32,000 bases of DNA, from assembly GCF_043950625.1 (NCBI RefSeq), contig NZ_CP171007.1; one strand, given 5' to 3'. The notes below the pieces were generated by a model. It ran no database searches. It saw nothing but the letters and a program-made list of their open reading frames with translations, and was not told the origin of the DNA. How positions within the stretch are numbered: the first letter of the stretch is position 1; each line of letters starts with the position of its first letter. Source of the DNA: Alkanindiges sp. WGS2144. Lineage in GTDB: Bacteria > Pseudomonadota > Gammaproteobacteria > Pseudomonadales > Moraxellaceae. The position numbers and the translations under genes are program-made. Below, one piece after another: positions 1 through 11,228 of the stretch.

Positions 1-1
1 A

Positions 2-139
2 CTGGCGGATGGCTCATGGTTTAGCACTGATACGCAGGTAGCAACCGAGGCCGCTACACGGTTGGCTACTATAGAACAAGAATTGATGGACAAACTGGAG
101 CGCTGGACAGAACTAGAAGCTGCCAGTCAAGGAGAGTAA
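2..139 (+). CDS. uup: ABC-F family ATPase Uup, C-terminal end (rest of the gene lies upstream of the window)
   Basis: Frame 2 is open from the window edge to TAA at 137-139. The tail ...WFSTDTQVATEAATRLATIEQELMDKLERWTELEAASQGE resembles the E. coli Uup C-terminal tail (...AEQELEQAFERWEYLEALKNGG), recalled from memory. Confidence 0.5.
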   Translation: MADGSWFSTDTQVATEAATRLATIEQELMDKLERWTELEAASQGE

Positions 140-143
140 CGCA

Positions 144-839
144 ATGCTGGGTATGAAAAAATCAATAGTCGTGGGCTTGGCTGGCCTGTCTTTGGCACTT
201 GGTGCCTGTAGCCACCTCACCAAAAATCAGCAGACAAAAATCCAGCCTAACAAGCCTCTGGTACAAAGCAACCAGATTTATTATGCGCCGGCACAAAGCT
301 ACAATCTGGATTTGGATACACCCGCCCTGCTGGGTAAACTCGACCTTAAACAAAGCTGTACTGCCGAAGGCAACAGCTTAAGCATTACCGACCAGATAGG
401 CCGTTTTTACCGGGTAGATGCCATTAACCTGAACAATAATCCAAAACTACCTCAGGCTAATGAACAAAATTCTGCTGCCCTAACCAGCCAGTTAGCGCAG
501 TTTTATAGTCAGTTGTATCAAACCCCGTTACAGGGTAATACCAAGTCCGTGCGCTCTGCTTTGGGTGCTTCAGGTTATGCCGTGTTAAGTCAGGATAACC
601 AGCAGGTCATTGGCTTGCTGATTCACAAGCGTGGTGACTACGCTTACGTACTACAACACACTCAGCCTCGTTATGATGAAAAAACCATGCAACAAGCGTT
701 GGCGCAGTTAGCCCAAAACATGCAAATCCCAGGTCGTCAGCTTAAAAACTCGACTTCTGAAATGGCTTTATCCATCGATTTAGCGCAATCTACTCCCGCA
801 CAATTAGCTGCCTGGAAAAAATCTGCCAACTGCTCATGA
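144..839 (+). CDS. hypothetical lipoprotein
   Basis: ATG at 144 lies 9 nt after AAGGAG (129-134). The N-terminus MLGMKKSIVVGLAGLSLALGAC has a signal peptide with a lipobox-like LGAC. The protein is Q/N-rich and I recognise no family. Confidence 0.6.
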   Translation: MLGMKKSIVVGLAGLSLALGACSHLTKNQQTKIQPNKPLVQSNQIYYAPAQSYNLDLDTPALLGKLDLKQSCTAEGNSLSITDQIGRFYRVDAINLNNNPKLPQANEQNSAALTSQLAQFYSQLYQTPLQGNTKSVRSALGASGYAVLSQDNQQVIGLLIHKRGDYAYVLQHTQPRYDEKTMQQALAQLAQNMQIPGRQLKNSTSEMALSIDLAQSTPAQLAAWKKSANCS

Positions 840-1768
840 GTTCCCATTCCACCCCTGCTGAACCCCGCTTTTCCCCCCGTTTTCTTGCCCCTAAATACTG
901 GGGCATCTGGCTGGGTGTTTTTTTGTTGTTACCTTGGGCATTTATGCCTTGGCCAGTACAACGGACTTTAGGAGCGGCTATTGGAAGGCTATTGTGGAAA
1001 GTGCTCAAATCGCGGCGCAAAACGACCCTGACTAATTTAAGAGTGTGTTATCCAGGTCTTGGCGATATTGAATATCAGCATATGGGACGGGAAGTTTTTG
1101 AAAACATGGGTATTGGTATTTTTGAAAGCCTGACCGCATGGTACAACCCCCAGCGTTTTAACGGCAAGGTGAGCATTAGCGGCCTGGAACACCTACAGCA
1201 GGCACAGCACAATGAGCGCGGCATTTTATTGCTGGGCTTGCACTCTACCCTGCTGGATGCAGGTGGGCTATTGTGCAGCTATTATTTTGATACCGATGTG
1301 GTGTATCGTCCACAAAACAATCCCATGCTGGACTGGCTAATTTACCGCTCACGCAGCACCATTTATGATCAGCAGATTGACCATGACAACATTCGCCTGC
1401 TGGTGCGTCGTTTAAAAGAAAAACATATTGTGTGGTACTCACCGGATCAGGATTTTGGCCTAAAACAGGGTGTGATGGCACCGTTTTATGGCGTGCCAGC
1501 TGCCACGGTTACTGCCCAGCGCCGCCTGATTAAAATGACCAATGCCGCTGTAATGTCGTTACACTTTTATCGTCAAGACAGCAAAAAACCGCACTACCAT
1601 ATTCATATTACCCCAGCTTTAGAAAACTACCCTACTCACGACGAAATTGCTGATGCCACCACCAGCAACCATCTGGTTGAGCAACAGCTTGACCTTGCAC
1701 CAACGCAATACATGTGGTTTCATCGCCGCTTTAAAACCCGCCCAGAAGGTTATCCGCCTGTCTATTAA
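836..1768 (+). CDS. lpxL: lipid A biosynthesis lauroyl/myristoyl acyltransferase (LpxL/LpxM family)
   Basis: The start overlaps the previous stop (ATGA). The N-terminus RFLAPKYWGIWLGVFLL, the motifs YRPQNN, WYSPDQDFG and the C-terminus QYMWFHRRFKTRPEG match the E. coli LpxL pattern (PEQYLWIHRRFKTRP). Confidence 0.8.
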   Translation: MSSHSTPAEPRFSPRFLAPKYWGIWLGVFLLLPWAFMPWPVQRTLGAAIGRLLWKVLKSRRKTTLTNLRVCYPGLGDIEYQHMGREVFENMGIGIFESLTAWYNPQRFNGKVSISGLEHLQQAQHNERGILLLGLHSTLLDAGGLLCSYYFDTDVVYRPQNNPMLDWLIYRSRSTIYDQQIDHDNIRLLVRRLKEKHIVWYSPDQDFGLKQGVMAPFYGVPAATVTAQRRLIKMTNAAVMSLHFYRQDSKKPHYHIHITPALENYPTHDEIADATTSNHLVEQQLDLAPTQYMWFHRRFKTRPEGYPPVY

Positions 1769-1817
1769 GGCTACCTTAACTAAGCCTGTGTTAAAAAAAC
1801 CAGCGAGCCATTTTTAT

Positions 1818-2924
1818 ATGAAAGTGATCCAGTTGCTTCCTGAACTCAACAGTGGCGGTGTAGAGCGCGGCACTCTGGAAATTGGCCGGGCGCTGGTCGC
1901 TCAGGGTCACCAATCAGTCGTAGTTTCTAACGGCGGACGACTAGTGCCACAACTGGAGCAGAAAGGTTCACGTCACCTGCAACTGGCCATTCATAAAAAA
2001 TCCTTAAGTAGCCTGTTCAAAATCCGCCCTTTACGGCGGCTGATTTTGCAGGAGCAACCCGATATTCTGCATGTGCGCTCGCGAGTACCTGCCTGGCTTA
2101 CTTATTTTGCGCTACGCGGCATTCCTGCGAACCAGCGCCCGCATTTAATCAGCACAGTGCACGGCATGTACTCCGTAAACGGTTACAGTGCCATTATGAC
2201 CAAAGCCGAAAAAGTGATTGCTGTGTCAGATAGCGTGGTGGAATACATTGAACGACATTATCCCAACTGCCCGCCCTCCTCGATTGTACGCATTTACCGT
2301 GGTATTGATTTAAAAGAATTTCCGCATAATTACCAGCCTTCTGCTGGCTGGTGGCAAGTGACCTATCAACTTTTCCCGCAGTTGGAACACAAGACCCTAA
2401 TTACTCTGCCAGGGCGCATTACCCGACTCAAAGGCCATGAATACTTGCTGGATTTGATTGATCAGCTGAAAGATGAGTTTAATGTGCATGGTGTCGTAGT
2501 TGGCGGCGCAGATGATAAAAAGCAGGCTTATCTGGATGAATTGCATCAGCGCGTGGAAGACATGAAGTTACAGGATCATATTACCTTTGTAGGACACCGT
2601 AGTGATATGCGTGAATGGCTGGCGGCCAGTGATCTGGTATTGTCATTGTCTACCCAGCCGGAAACTTTTGGCCGTACCGCCCTGGAAGCCCTGACACTGG
2701 GTACTCCGGTAATCGGCTGGAACCGCGGTGGTGTAGCCGAGATTTTACAAAAATGCTATCCCAAAGGATTGGTTGAACCCGAAAACACTGAGCAGCTATT
2801 TAAAAAAGTGCATCAATTACTGGTAACACCCGCTCAGCCCGCGCCAGTGCATGATTTTCAGCTAAAGCATATGACCGATCAAACGCTTGCTTTGTATGAA
2901 CAGGTGCTAGAGTCCAAATCTTAA
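1818..2924 (+). CDS. glycosyltransferase family 4 (LPS/LOS-type)
   Basis: I use the internal ATG at 1818 (MKVIQLLPELNSGGVERGT...) because the 1647 start overlaps lpxL. The protein has a GT4-like N-terminus and an EX7E-like C-terminal region (ETFGRTALEALTLGTPVIG). Confidence 0.75.
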   Translation: MKVIQLLPELNSGGVERGTLEIGRALVAQGHQSVVVSNGGRLVPQLEQKGSRHLQLAIHKKSLSSLFKIRPLRRLILQEQPDILHVRSRVPAWLTYFALRGIPANQRPHLISTVHGMYSVNGYSAIMTKAEKVIAVSDSVVEYIERHYPNCPPSSIVRIYRGIDLKEFPHNYQPSAGWWQVTYQLFPQLEHKTLITLPGRITRLKGHEYLLDLIDQLKDEFNVHGVVVGGADDKKQAYLDELHQRVEDMKLQDHITFVGHRSDMREWLAASDLVLSLSTQPETFGRTALEALTLGTPVIGWNRGGVAEILQKCYPKGLVEPENTEQLFKKVHQLLVTPAQPAPVHDFQLKHMTDQTLALYEQVLESKS

Positions 2925-3228
2925 ATTGCTGTGCTGATAACAGATCATGCGAGCAGCTTATAGATTGAATGTTTTTTGCCTGTATATAAACGACACAATC
3001 CGGGCGTGGCTCCCTGCCTGCCCGGATTAATGCTTGCGGCTGTGCTCTTTATGTTATTATTACCTGCTTTCCATGTCAGTATCGTTATCCGTGATACCAC
3101 CCTTCAGCTTCGTCTATCCCTAGGCGGCTTGTCCGTGCCGTATCCTGCGCTGATGGGTGTATCTTAGATAAAACCTGTTAGACAGCCTAGAGGTCAAATA
3201 CGGCAGATTCTGTAAGAAAAAGCTTACA

Positions 3229-4356
3229 TTAAGATAACGTTTGATTAGAGGATTGTTTAACAATTTCATCATCAATTATGTTTTTTTCTGCTTTCTCAAT
3301 ACCCTGTTCAATCTTTTCCGCTGCTTCCTGATAGTCGCTCATATCGGCTTCCAGTGGTGGCTGCTCATTTTGAATGCCCGGTGTATACTGTAATCTGGTC
3401 AACACTGGAAAATGATCTGAACCTATATGCGGTAAACGCTTCATCTCGATTAAAGTAAAATCTGAACCATGAAATATATGATCCAGTGACCAGCGTAATA
3501 AAGGGTAATCTGCATGAAAGGTGTTAAAAAAATGTCGGCCTACCCGTGGATCCAACAAACCACTGATACGCTGAAACAGGCGTGTAGTACGTGACCAGGC
3601 CACATCATTCAGATCGCCCATGACAATACAGCTCTGTTGCTGTTGTTCAATATGCCGTCCAACAATTAATAGCTCGGCATCGCGCAGTGTGGATTCTGCC
3701 GCCTCGGTAGGACTAGGTGGCTTGGGATGCAGACAATACAGCCTGACTTTTTTACCAGATTTTAAAGTAACATTGGTATGAATAGAGGGCACTTCCTCAC
3801 TCAGCAGAAATTTAATTTCTGTCTCCTGCAAGGGCAAGCGACTGTATAAATGCATACCATACAAATTATCCAGTGGTACCCGCACAATATACGGATACTC
3901 TGGCTCTATCGGGCTTAAGGCCTGCTCCCACACCAGATCACTTTCCAGGGTAAGTACGATATCCGGCTGATGCTGCTTAATTTGCTCAAGCAATAAGTAA
4001 TGCTTATGGTTCGAAGTCAGGACATTACTCACCAGCACACTAATTTGCTGGCTGGGTTGTTGTTCTGTTGTGGTTTTTACCTGCTTTGGCCAGACAGGAG
4101 TATATGGCAGTACCATTTTTAATTGATAAGCCACTGCCGCAATGAGCATTAATATTACAACCGCACGCCACTTATCCCAATGAGCTGGCAAAACCAGCAA
4201 CAAAATCAGGCAGATGATTCCAACAGATAAAATCTGCAAACGAGGGAAATCAAAACCACGAATCCACCACTCATCACGCGGTAATAGTGGCCAAAGCGTC
4301 GAAAATACCACAAGCAAGCTTAGGCTTTCCGGGATCAATAATATTACTTGCGGCAT
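3229..4356 (-). CDS. endonuclease/exonuclease/phosphatase (EEP) family protein with N-terminal transmembrane segments
   Basis: The ORF is 375 aa, and its first ~95 residues form 3-4 hydrophobic helices. The catalytic-domain hallmarks are GDLNDVAWS and a C-terminal SDHFPV, typical of the EEP fold. Confidence 0.7.
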   Translation of the reverse strand: MPQVILLIPESLSLLVVFSTLWPLLPRDEWWIRGFDFPRLQILSVGIICLILLLVLPAHWDKWRAVVILMLIAAVAYQLKMVLPYTPVWPKQVKTTTEQQPSQQISVLVSNVLTSNHKHYLLLEQIKQHQPDIVLTLESDLVWEQALSPIEPEYPYIVRVPLDNLYGMHLYSRLPLQETEIKFLLSEEVPSIHTNVTLKSGKKVRLYCLHPKPPSPTEAAESTLRDAELLIVGRHIEQQQQSCIVMGDLNDVAWSRTTRLFQRISGLLDPRVGRHFFNTFHADYPLLRWSLDHIFHGSDFTLIEMKRLPHIGSDHFPVLTRLQYTPGIQNEQPPLEADMSDYQEAAEKIEQGIEKAEKNIIDDEIVKQSSNQTLS

Positions 4357-4516
4357 TTTTTCGCATTTTTAGTAAGTTATCCTGCCGAGATTGTATTTTC
4401 TTTTGTGTCTGCTGCCCATCATTTTTTACTTTCTTATACTGCAAACGTGCAGTCAGGCTGTACATTTGCTACACTCAGATACTCTATTTTTCCGGCATTA
4501 TTTTGAGGCGTAATCA

Positions 4517-5638
4517 ATGAAAGTGGGCTTGGTTGGTTGGCGCGGCATGGTGGGTTCTGTGCTGATGCAACGCATGGTTGAAGAAAATGACTTTGCGCAT
4601 TTTGAACCATTTTACTTTTCAACCAGTAATGCAGGTGGCGAGGCACCAACATATGGCAACAAGACCACACCTGCCTTAATGAATGCCACAGACATTGATG
4701 CGCTTAAACAAATGGATGTAGTGGTTACCTGTCAGGGTGGCGACTATACCAGCGAGGTTTTTCCAAAGCTGCGCAACGCAGGCTGGAATGGCTACTGGAT
4801 TGATGCCGCCAGTACCCTGCGCATGAATGATGATGCCATTGTGGTGCTTGATCCGGTTAACCTGAATGTCATTAAGGACGGCTTAAGCAAGGGCATTAAA
4901 AACTATATTGGCGGTAACTGTACCGTGTCCCTGATGCTGATGGCTGTTGGCGCACTGTACCAGAACAATCTGGTGGAGTGGATGAGTGCCATGACCTATC
5001 AGGCCGCTTCAGGCGCTGGTGCGCAAAATATGCGTGAGCTAATCAGTGGTATGGGTTATCTGCGTGATGGCGTTCGGGATTTGCTGAATGATCCAGCCAG
5101 TGCCATTCTGGATATTGACCGTCAGATGGCTGCCCTACAACGTGATGAGCAGTTTCCTAAAGCCAACTTTGGCGTTCCGCTGGCAGGCTCACTAATCCCT
5201 TATATTGACAAGCAGCTGGACAATGGTCAATCCAAGGAAGAATGGAAAGGCCAGGCTGAATCCAACAAGATTCTGGGCCGTACAGGCAATGATATTATTC
5301 CAATTGACGGTTTATGCGTGCGTATTGGTGCCATGCGCTGCCATGCACAGGCACTCACGATCAAGCTGAAACAAGATGTGCCAATGGATGAAATTGAATC
5401 CATGATCCGTGAATCCAATGACTGGGTTAAAGTGGTGCCCAACACCCGTGAAGCCAGCATGGCTGATTTAACCCCGGTTGCAGTTACTGGCACGCTGACT
5501 GTACCTGTGGGTCGTATGCGCAAGCTCAACATGGGTAATGAATATCTGGGCGCCTTTACCGTTGGTGATCAACTGTTATGGGGTGCCGCAGAGCCATTAC
5601 GCCGTATGTTACGCCTACTGATCGAAGAACAGGCCTGA
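4517..5638 (+). CDS. asd: aspartate-semialdehyde dehydrogenase
   Basis: It is near-colinear with E. coli Asd. Shared motifs are [31 protein letters not shown] (active-site Cys), YQAASGAGA and [16 protein letters not shown]. Confidence 0.95.
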   Translation: MKVGLVGWRGMVGSVLMQRMVEENDFAHFEPFYFSTSNAGGEAPTYGNKTTPALMNATDIDALKQMDVVVTCQGGDYTSEVFPKLRNAGWNGYWIDAASTLRMNDDAIVVLDPVNLNVIKDGLSKGIKNYIGGNCTVSLMLMAVGALYQNNLVEWMSAMTYQAASGAGAQNMRELISGMGYLRDGVRDLLNDPASAILDIDRQMAALQRDEQFPKANFGVPLAGSLIPYIDKQLDNGQSKEEWKGQAESNKILGRTGNDIIPIDGLCVRIGAMRCHAQALTIKLKQDVPMDEIESMIRESNDWVKVVPNTREASMADLTPVAVTGTLTVPVGRMRKLNMGNEYLGAFTVGDQLLWGAAEPLRRMLRLLIEEQA

Positions 5639-5666
5639 CACTGCGACTTTGTCTATAACGCTTTAG

Positions 5667-5704
5667 CCCGGGCAGGTTATTAATTCATTGAGTAACCTGC
5701 CCGG
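5667..5704 (+). terminator. candidate rho-independent terminator after asd
   Basis: A 12-13 bp perfect stem (CCCGGGCAGGTTA ... TAACCTGCCCGG) encloses a ~13-nt loop. The following T-tract is weak (ATATGTT). Confidence 0.45.
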
Positions 5705-5804
5705 ATATGTTAAAAACATTCAATTGATTTTCGCTTCTTTATTTCAATTACTGTTTTATTTTCCTAAGGAAAAAGATCATTCACTAGCATAATGGAATTT
5801 TAGT

Positions 5805-8591
5805 ATGGTCTTGCGTAAGCGCCTTTTTACCAGCTTAAGCACCGGATTACTGCCCCTACTTTCTGCATCTTTCTCTCATGCGTTGGTGATTCAGCCTGTG
5901 CAGGTAAAATCTGCACTGGGCGAACCCTTTTATGCTGAAGTTGGCTTATCTGACCTTAATCCGTCAGATTTAAAAAATATCTCTGTAGGACTGGCAAATC
6001 CGCAGGAACTAGCAGATCTGGGCGTTAAACCCGGTTCCTACCGCGGTACTCTAACCATCAGCCTGCAAGAACAGCCTGGCAATCGCGGGGTAGTGGTAAT
6101 TCGTAGCGGGCAGCCTGTCAATGAACCAATCATGGATTTTGTACTGCGGGTAAAAACCGGTCAGAATATCCGGCTACAGCGCATTAACGCCATGATTGAT
6201 CCAGCTAATAACCATAAAAAAATAGTTAGCCTCAAGCCACAGGCTCAGGTCACAACACCAGCTGATATACAACTTGCTGTCTCCAGTATGCCTACCATCG
6301 ACGCTCTCGATGTACAGCCTGAAAAAACCTCAAACACCGCTCAGGAACGCCGGCTTGCTGTCCTTAGAACAGCGCCACCTGACATGAAGCCCACCAGTAC
6401 AGTACCTGTGCAAGTGTCCAAACCAGTGACCCCTGCTAGCGCTCCGCGGGAAGTTGAAGTATCCACTACTCCCAAAAACAACCAGCCCCGACATGTGGTT
6501 AAAAACAATGAGTCCCTGTGGAAAATTGCCAAACAGCTTGAACCCCAGCTTAAGCAGCCTGTAGGGCAGATCATGCAGCGTATCCGTGACATGAATCAGG
6601 ACGCATTTATCGCAGGTGACCCCAATCAGCTTAAACGTGGTGCCACGCTGATACTGCCAGAACATGCCCAAAAAGCCACTCTGGTGAACGCATCACAGCC
6701 TGCACCCGTGCCCGCAGCCAAAAAACCACCACTTACACCTCCGGTAACCACCACTGAAAAGACTGTACGCAGTGGCCGCCTACCCAAGGCGGAACTGACC
6801 TTAATCGCGCCGACCACTCAGGGTAGCCCCCAAGGTAGCAGCAATACTGGTCAAAAAGCAGGTTTTCAGCCGCTATCACGCGAAATGGTCTTGAAAATTG
6901 GTCAAGAACGTCGTAAAACGGTTTTAATGCAACACGAAGTTAGTGAGCTGGATGCTCAACTCGCTCTAAACGATAAGAAGATCGCCATGTTAAACGCTAA
7001 ACTCGCCGAACTGGAACATCAGCTGAAAACGCGCAATCAGGCGCGTGGCAAATCCGTACAACAGCAGATGAAAGCACTGCCTCCCAAAAAAGCAGCCAAT
7101 GCCATTATTCCATTGTTTGCTTTTGCCAGTATGGCGCTGTTTGGGTTTATGCCCAATCTGGCTCGCGCCGCCGAAGGAGATGGAGGTGGAGGTGGCTTTC
7201 CTTTATGGCTTATACCGGTTGCCCTGCTGGTTATTGCCGTCATTGTAAAAGTTGTACAGGGTAAATCAGCAGATAAACGCCCAGCCCGCGGCAAAACCAA
7301 ACGCCCGGTCAGACGCGCAGCCCCAGCCACAAGAAAAGCTCAACCTGCTGCCCGCCCGGTGGCGCCCCAACAGTCAGCACCTGTACCCGTCGCCCGTCCT
7401 GTTGCGCAGCCGGAAGTCAAAGCAGATGTCTTACAGGAAGTACAAAGCTACATTGAGCGTGATCGTTACAGTCAGGCAGTTGGACTACTCCGGGATGCAA
7501 TTGCCAAAACCCCTGAGCGTGCCGACCTACAGGTCAAGTTACTCGAAGTGCTGGCCTTGCAAAATGATATTGATGCGTTTGAAAACCAGTTTAATATTGT
7601 CACTGCCTTTAATCAGCCAGAGCTTACCGAACACGCTGAGAAAATGCGCGCCTTACTACAGCCAAAAGCAGTTGAGCAAGATTTTAGCCCGGTTGAAGAT
7701 CTGGACTTTAACTTTGACTCCAGCTCATCTGCCATGCCTGAACAGACTGCGGTACAAGATCAGGGGACTGAGTACCTGGATATCGAAACGCAAGGTACTC
7801 AAAATCAAACTATTGAAAGCAATACGATCGAGTTCGATAGTCATGCCAGCCTGAATTCTGCTAACGTAGAAATGCCGCAGGAGATTCATGCACCAACCTC
7901 TACAGCCGATCAGTCTCTGGCTGAGCTGGAAGCAGAGTTTGGGTTTACTCAGGAGCCGATAAGCCCTGCACCGGAAAGTAACCTTGACTTTAAACTTGAT
8001 GAACTGGAAACAACACCTCAGGCTCAGCCACAAAGCAATCCTGTCGATTTTGCGCCAGCCACTTCCAGCGATGAACCTGCTCTTCAACCCGAAGATACAC
8101 CCATTGATCTGGAGTTTGACTTAAATGATTCATTTAACTTAGAAGAGGTAGAAGCACCCAAACCAGCTGTCTCTACCACCTTTGAGCTTGATCTGGAAGA
8201 TTCACTACTGGAAAAACCGGTAGAGAGCATACCAGCGCCAGCTAGTACCCAGGTTAATCTTGACGAGCTGCACGTTGAAGATACCAACTGGGCAGATGGC
8301 TTTGAAGATCAGGACTTTAATATTGGTAGTAGTGGTACACCGGCGCAAACCACGACCGCAGCTGTAGCCTCCGCCGCTCAGACAGACAGCAATCCGGAAG
8401 ACTTTTTAGCCAAGGAATTTCCATTTCTGGTTAATCTGGATGTACAGCAGACTAATCTGGAACTGGCTGAGAGCTACATTAATCTGGGCGAGCGAGCCAA
8501 TGCGCGTGAACTGCTTGATGAAGTGATCAGTCAGGGCAACCCTCAGCAACAGGCACAGGCACAGCATTTAATGCGCCAGCTGGCTTCATAA
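5805..8591 (+). CDS. fimV: FimV-like type IV pilus assembly/peptidoglycan-binding protein
   Basis: The 928-aa protein has a signal peptide and a LysM-like segment (HVVKNNESLWKIAKQL...RGATLILP). It also has a coiled coil, one TM helix (FPLWLIPVALLVIAVIVKVV), an acidic low-complexity region and the FimV C-terminal motif LAESYINLGERANARELLDEVISQG. It sits in asd-fimV-truA synteny, as in Pseudomonas. Confidence 0.85.
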   Translation: MVLRKRLFTSLSTGLLPLLSASFSHALVIQPVQVKSALGEPFYAEVGLSDLNPSDLKNISVGLANPQELADLGVKPGSYRGTLTISLQEQPGNRGVVVIRSGQPVNEPIMDFVLRVKTGQNIRLQRINAMIDPANNHKKIVSLKPQAQVTTPADIQLAVSSMPTIDALDVQPEKTSNTAQERRLAVLRTAPPDMKPTSTVPVQVSKPVTPASAPREVEVSTTPKNNQPRHVVKNNESLWKIAKQLEPQLKQPVGQIMQRIRDMNQDAFIAGDPNQLKRGATLILPEHAQKATLVNASQPAPVPAAKKPPLTPPVTTTEKTVRSGRLPKAELTLIAPTTQGSPQGSSNTGQKAGFQPLSREMVLKIGQERRKTVLMQHEVSELDAQLALNDKKIAMLNAKLAELEHQLKTRNQARGKSVQQQMKALPPKKAANAIIPLFAFASMALFGFMPNLARAAEGDGGGGGFPLWLIPVALLVIAVIVKVVQGKSADKRPARGKTKRPVRRAAPATRKAQPAARPVAPQQSAPVPVARPVAQPEVKADVLQEVQSYIERDRYSQAVGLLRDAIAKTPERADLQVKLLEVLALQNDIDAFENQFNIVTAFNQPELTEHAEKMRALLQPKAVEQDFSPVEDLDFNFDSSSSAMPEQTAVQDQGTEYLDIETQGTQNQTIESNTIEFDSHASLNSANVEMPQEIHAPTSTADQSLAELEAEFGFTQEPISPAPESNLDFKLDELETTPQAQPQSNPVDFAPATSSDEPALQPEDTPIDLEFDLNDSFNLEEVEAPKPAVSTTFELDLEDSLLEKPVESIPAPASTQVNLDELHVEDTNWADGFEDQDFNIGSSGTPAQTTTAAVASAAQTDSNPEDFLAKEFPFLVNLDVQQTNLELAESYINLGERANARELLDEVISQGNPQQQAQAQHLMRQLAS

Positions 8592-8633
8592 ACCTCAGCA
8601 GGTGTGTATTTTCTCAAGAGGCAACTATAGTCA

Positions 8634-9440
8634 TTATGGTTGCGAGTCTGTGGTAAATGATTTAAAAGGTGGACGACTATGCAAAACCCCTCTCTGCCTT
8701 GCCTCCTTAACACTATCAATCATCACAATATCACCAAGCCCCCCAACAGGCTGATCAATGACTTTACCCTCTTGCTGTGCTTTTAAGCGTTCCGTCGCTC
8801 TTAAAAACAGTACACGACCGTCCACATCATCGGATAAAAATTGAGGTGGAGTTTTCGTGACCCAAATGGTTTCAGCAACTTGTGAAACCTCAGCGAGTAT
8901 TTGAGCGCCTGAATTCCCACCACCCACAACGATGACTTTCTTACCTTTAAATGGGTCTGCATTCATGTAATGGGCTGAATGTAACTGTGTACCTTGAAAG
9001 TTTTCTTGTCCCGGATAATCAGGAATAAACGGCTGGCTCCATGTCCCGGTTGCACTAACCACGGCCTTGGCTCGCCAAAACTTTTCTCCAGCATATACGT
9101 CTAAATACTTTCCATTCGATTCCACACGATCGACATGTACTGGACGAACAATCGGAAATTGATATCTCTGTTCATAAGCCGATAAATACTGAATCACCTC
9201 ATTTCGTGTTGGATAGGTCTGTTCAGTGATGGGCATCATCCAACCGGATAGAGAACTCCAGGTATTAGGAGAAAAAAGACGCAATGACTCCCAGGTATGC
9301 AGCCAGGCACCCCCTGCTTGATTTTGCTCATCCAATATAATGAATGGGATTTTCTTGCGCTTTAAAAAATAAGCAGTAGATAAAGCAGCCTGTCCACCAC
9401 CTATAATGATGACATCTGTTTCCGTCTGTTTCTGGTTCAA
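8634..9440 (-). CDS. arsO: ArsO-like NAD(P)/FAD-dependent flavin monooxygenase, probably 3-prime truncated
   Basis: It has a TTG start. The first dinucleotide fold is [11 protein letters not shown], followed by an FMO-like [11 protein letters not shown] and a second fold, [14 protein letters not shown]. Only ~86 residues follow the second fold, and the ORF ends exactly at the island border. Confidence 0.6.
   Translation of the reverse strand: MNQKQTETDVIIIGGGQAALSTAYFLKRKKIPFIILDEQNQAGGAWLHTWESLRLFSPNTWSSLSGWMMPITEQTYPTRNEVIQYLSAYEQRYQFPIVRPVHVDRVESNGKYLDVYAGEKFWRAKAVVSATGTWSQPFIPDYPGQENFQGTQLHSAHYMNADPFKGKKVIVVGGGNSGAQILAEVSQVAETIWVTKTPPQFLSDDVDGRVLFLRATERLKAQQEGKVIDQPVGGLGDIVMIDSVKEARQRGVLHSRPPFKSFTTDSQP
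8636..8643. repeat. left copy of the 8-bp direct repeat ATGGTTGC (putative target-site duplication)
   Basis: The identical octamer recurs at 18226-18233, immediately outside the IS end. Confidence 0.65.
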
Positions 9441-9483
9441 CGCCTTTTCCCCTTTTGTTTTTTATATCTGATTTCTTTAGTGC

Positions 9484-9512
9484 AAAAACCCAATCATGAA
9501 GACTGGGTTTTT
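9484..9512 (-). terminator. candidate bidirectional rho-independent terminator after trxB
   Basis: The hairpin is AAAAACCCA, an 11-nt loop, then TGGGTTTTT. It lies 37 nt downstream of the trxB stop, with A- and T-runs on either side. Confidence 0.45.
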
Positions 9513-9548
9513 ACATTTATTCACTTTTTCAATTATGACAACCTACCA

Positions 9549-10502
<954 letters not shown>

Positions 10503-10519
10503 TTAATATCACCTAGCGT

Positions 10520-11224
10520 TTACAAACTACGCTGATTCACACGTTTAGATAATTCTTCAGCCGATTCCTTACGTTCAGAATAACGATCTGTCAGGTATTT
10601 GCTTTGACCACGGGTCAGTAGGGTGAACTTAAATAACTCTTCCATCACATCCACAATCCGGTCATAGAAAGCTGAAGGTTTCATTCGTCCATCTTCTTCG
10701 AATTCCAAGAATGCTTTTGGAACTGAGGACTGATTTGGAATGGTGATCATCCGCATCCAACGACCCAAAATACGCATCTGGTTCAGGCTGTTAAATGACT
10801 GTGATCCGCCACTGACTTGCATCAAGGCAAGAGTTTTACCTTGGGTGGCACGGATTGCACCCCCTGCCAGTGGAATCCAGTCTATTTGTGATTTAAAAAT
10901 TGAACTCATAGAACCATGGCGTTCAGGTGAACACCAGACCATGCCTTCTGACCATGCTAAAAGTTCATGCAACTCTTTTACTTTTGGATGCTCAGTATCC
11001 GCATCTTCAGGTAAAGGAAGCCCTTTAGGATGAAAGATTTTTACTTCCGCCCCAAAATGCTCCAGGATTCGACCGGCTTCAAGAACGGCAAGGCGACTGT
11101 AAGAGCGTTCTCGATTCGAGCCGTAAAGGAGCAAAATGCGAGGGGGATGAGCAAGTTCTTTTGCCTGAACTTTTTCAAAAGTCGGTTGCTCAAGAAGATT
11201 AAGATCTACGTTTGGGAGATTCAT
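10520..11224 (-). CDS. arsH: arsenical resistance protein ArsH (NADPH-dependent FMN reductase)
   Basis: The 234-aa protein carries [17 protein letters not shown] and [20 protein letters not shown], which are typical of ArsH. It lies in the ars operon. Confidence 0.88.
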   Translation of the reverse strand: MNLPNVDLNLLEQPTFEKVQAKELAHPPRILLLYGSNRERSYSRLAVLEAGRILEHFGAEVKIFHPKGLPLPEDADTEHPKVKELHELLAWSEGMVWCSPERHGSMSSIFKSQIDWIPLAGGAIRATQGKTLALMQVSGGSQSFNSLNQMRILGRWMRMITIPNQSSVPKAFLEFEEDGRMKPSAFYDRIVDVMEELFKFTLLTRGQSKYLTDRYSERKESAEELSKRVNQRSL

Positions 11225-11228
11225 AGAA

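Noticed and set aside
1647-1817. N-terminal extension of the glycosyltransferase ORF (ORF track start at 1647).
   Set aside because: It overlaps the 3-prime end of lpxL by 120 nt in another frame. The conserved GT4 N-terminus begins at the ATG at 1818 (MKVIQLLPELNSGGVERG).
6330-8287. Multiple 60-200 aa ORFs in other frames or strands inside fimV (6330-6671, 6341-6592, 6626-6817, 7037-7330, 7252-7854, 7725-8087, 8084-8287).
   Set aside because: They are shadow ORFs of a long, compositionally biased (P/A/Q/E-rich) gene. I saw no start-site context or recognisable family, and they are fully nested in a confidently called CDS.
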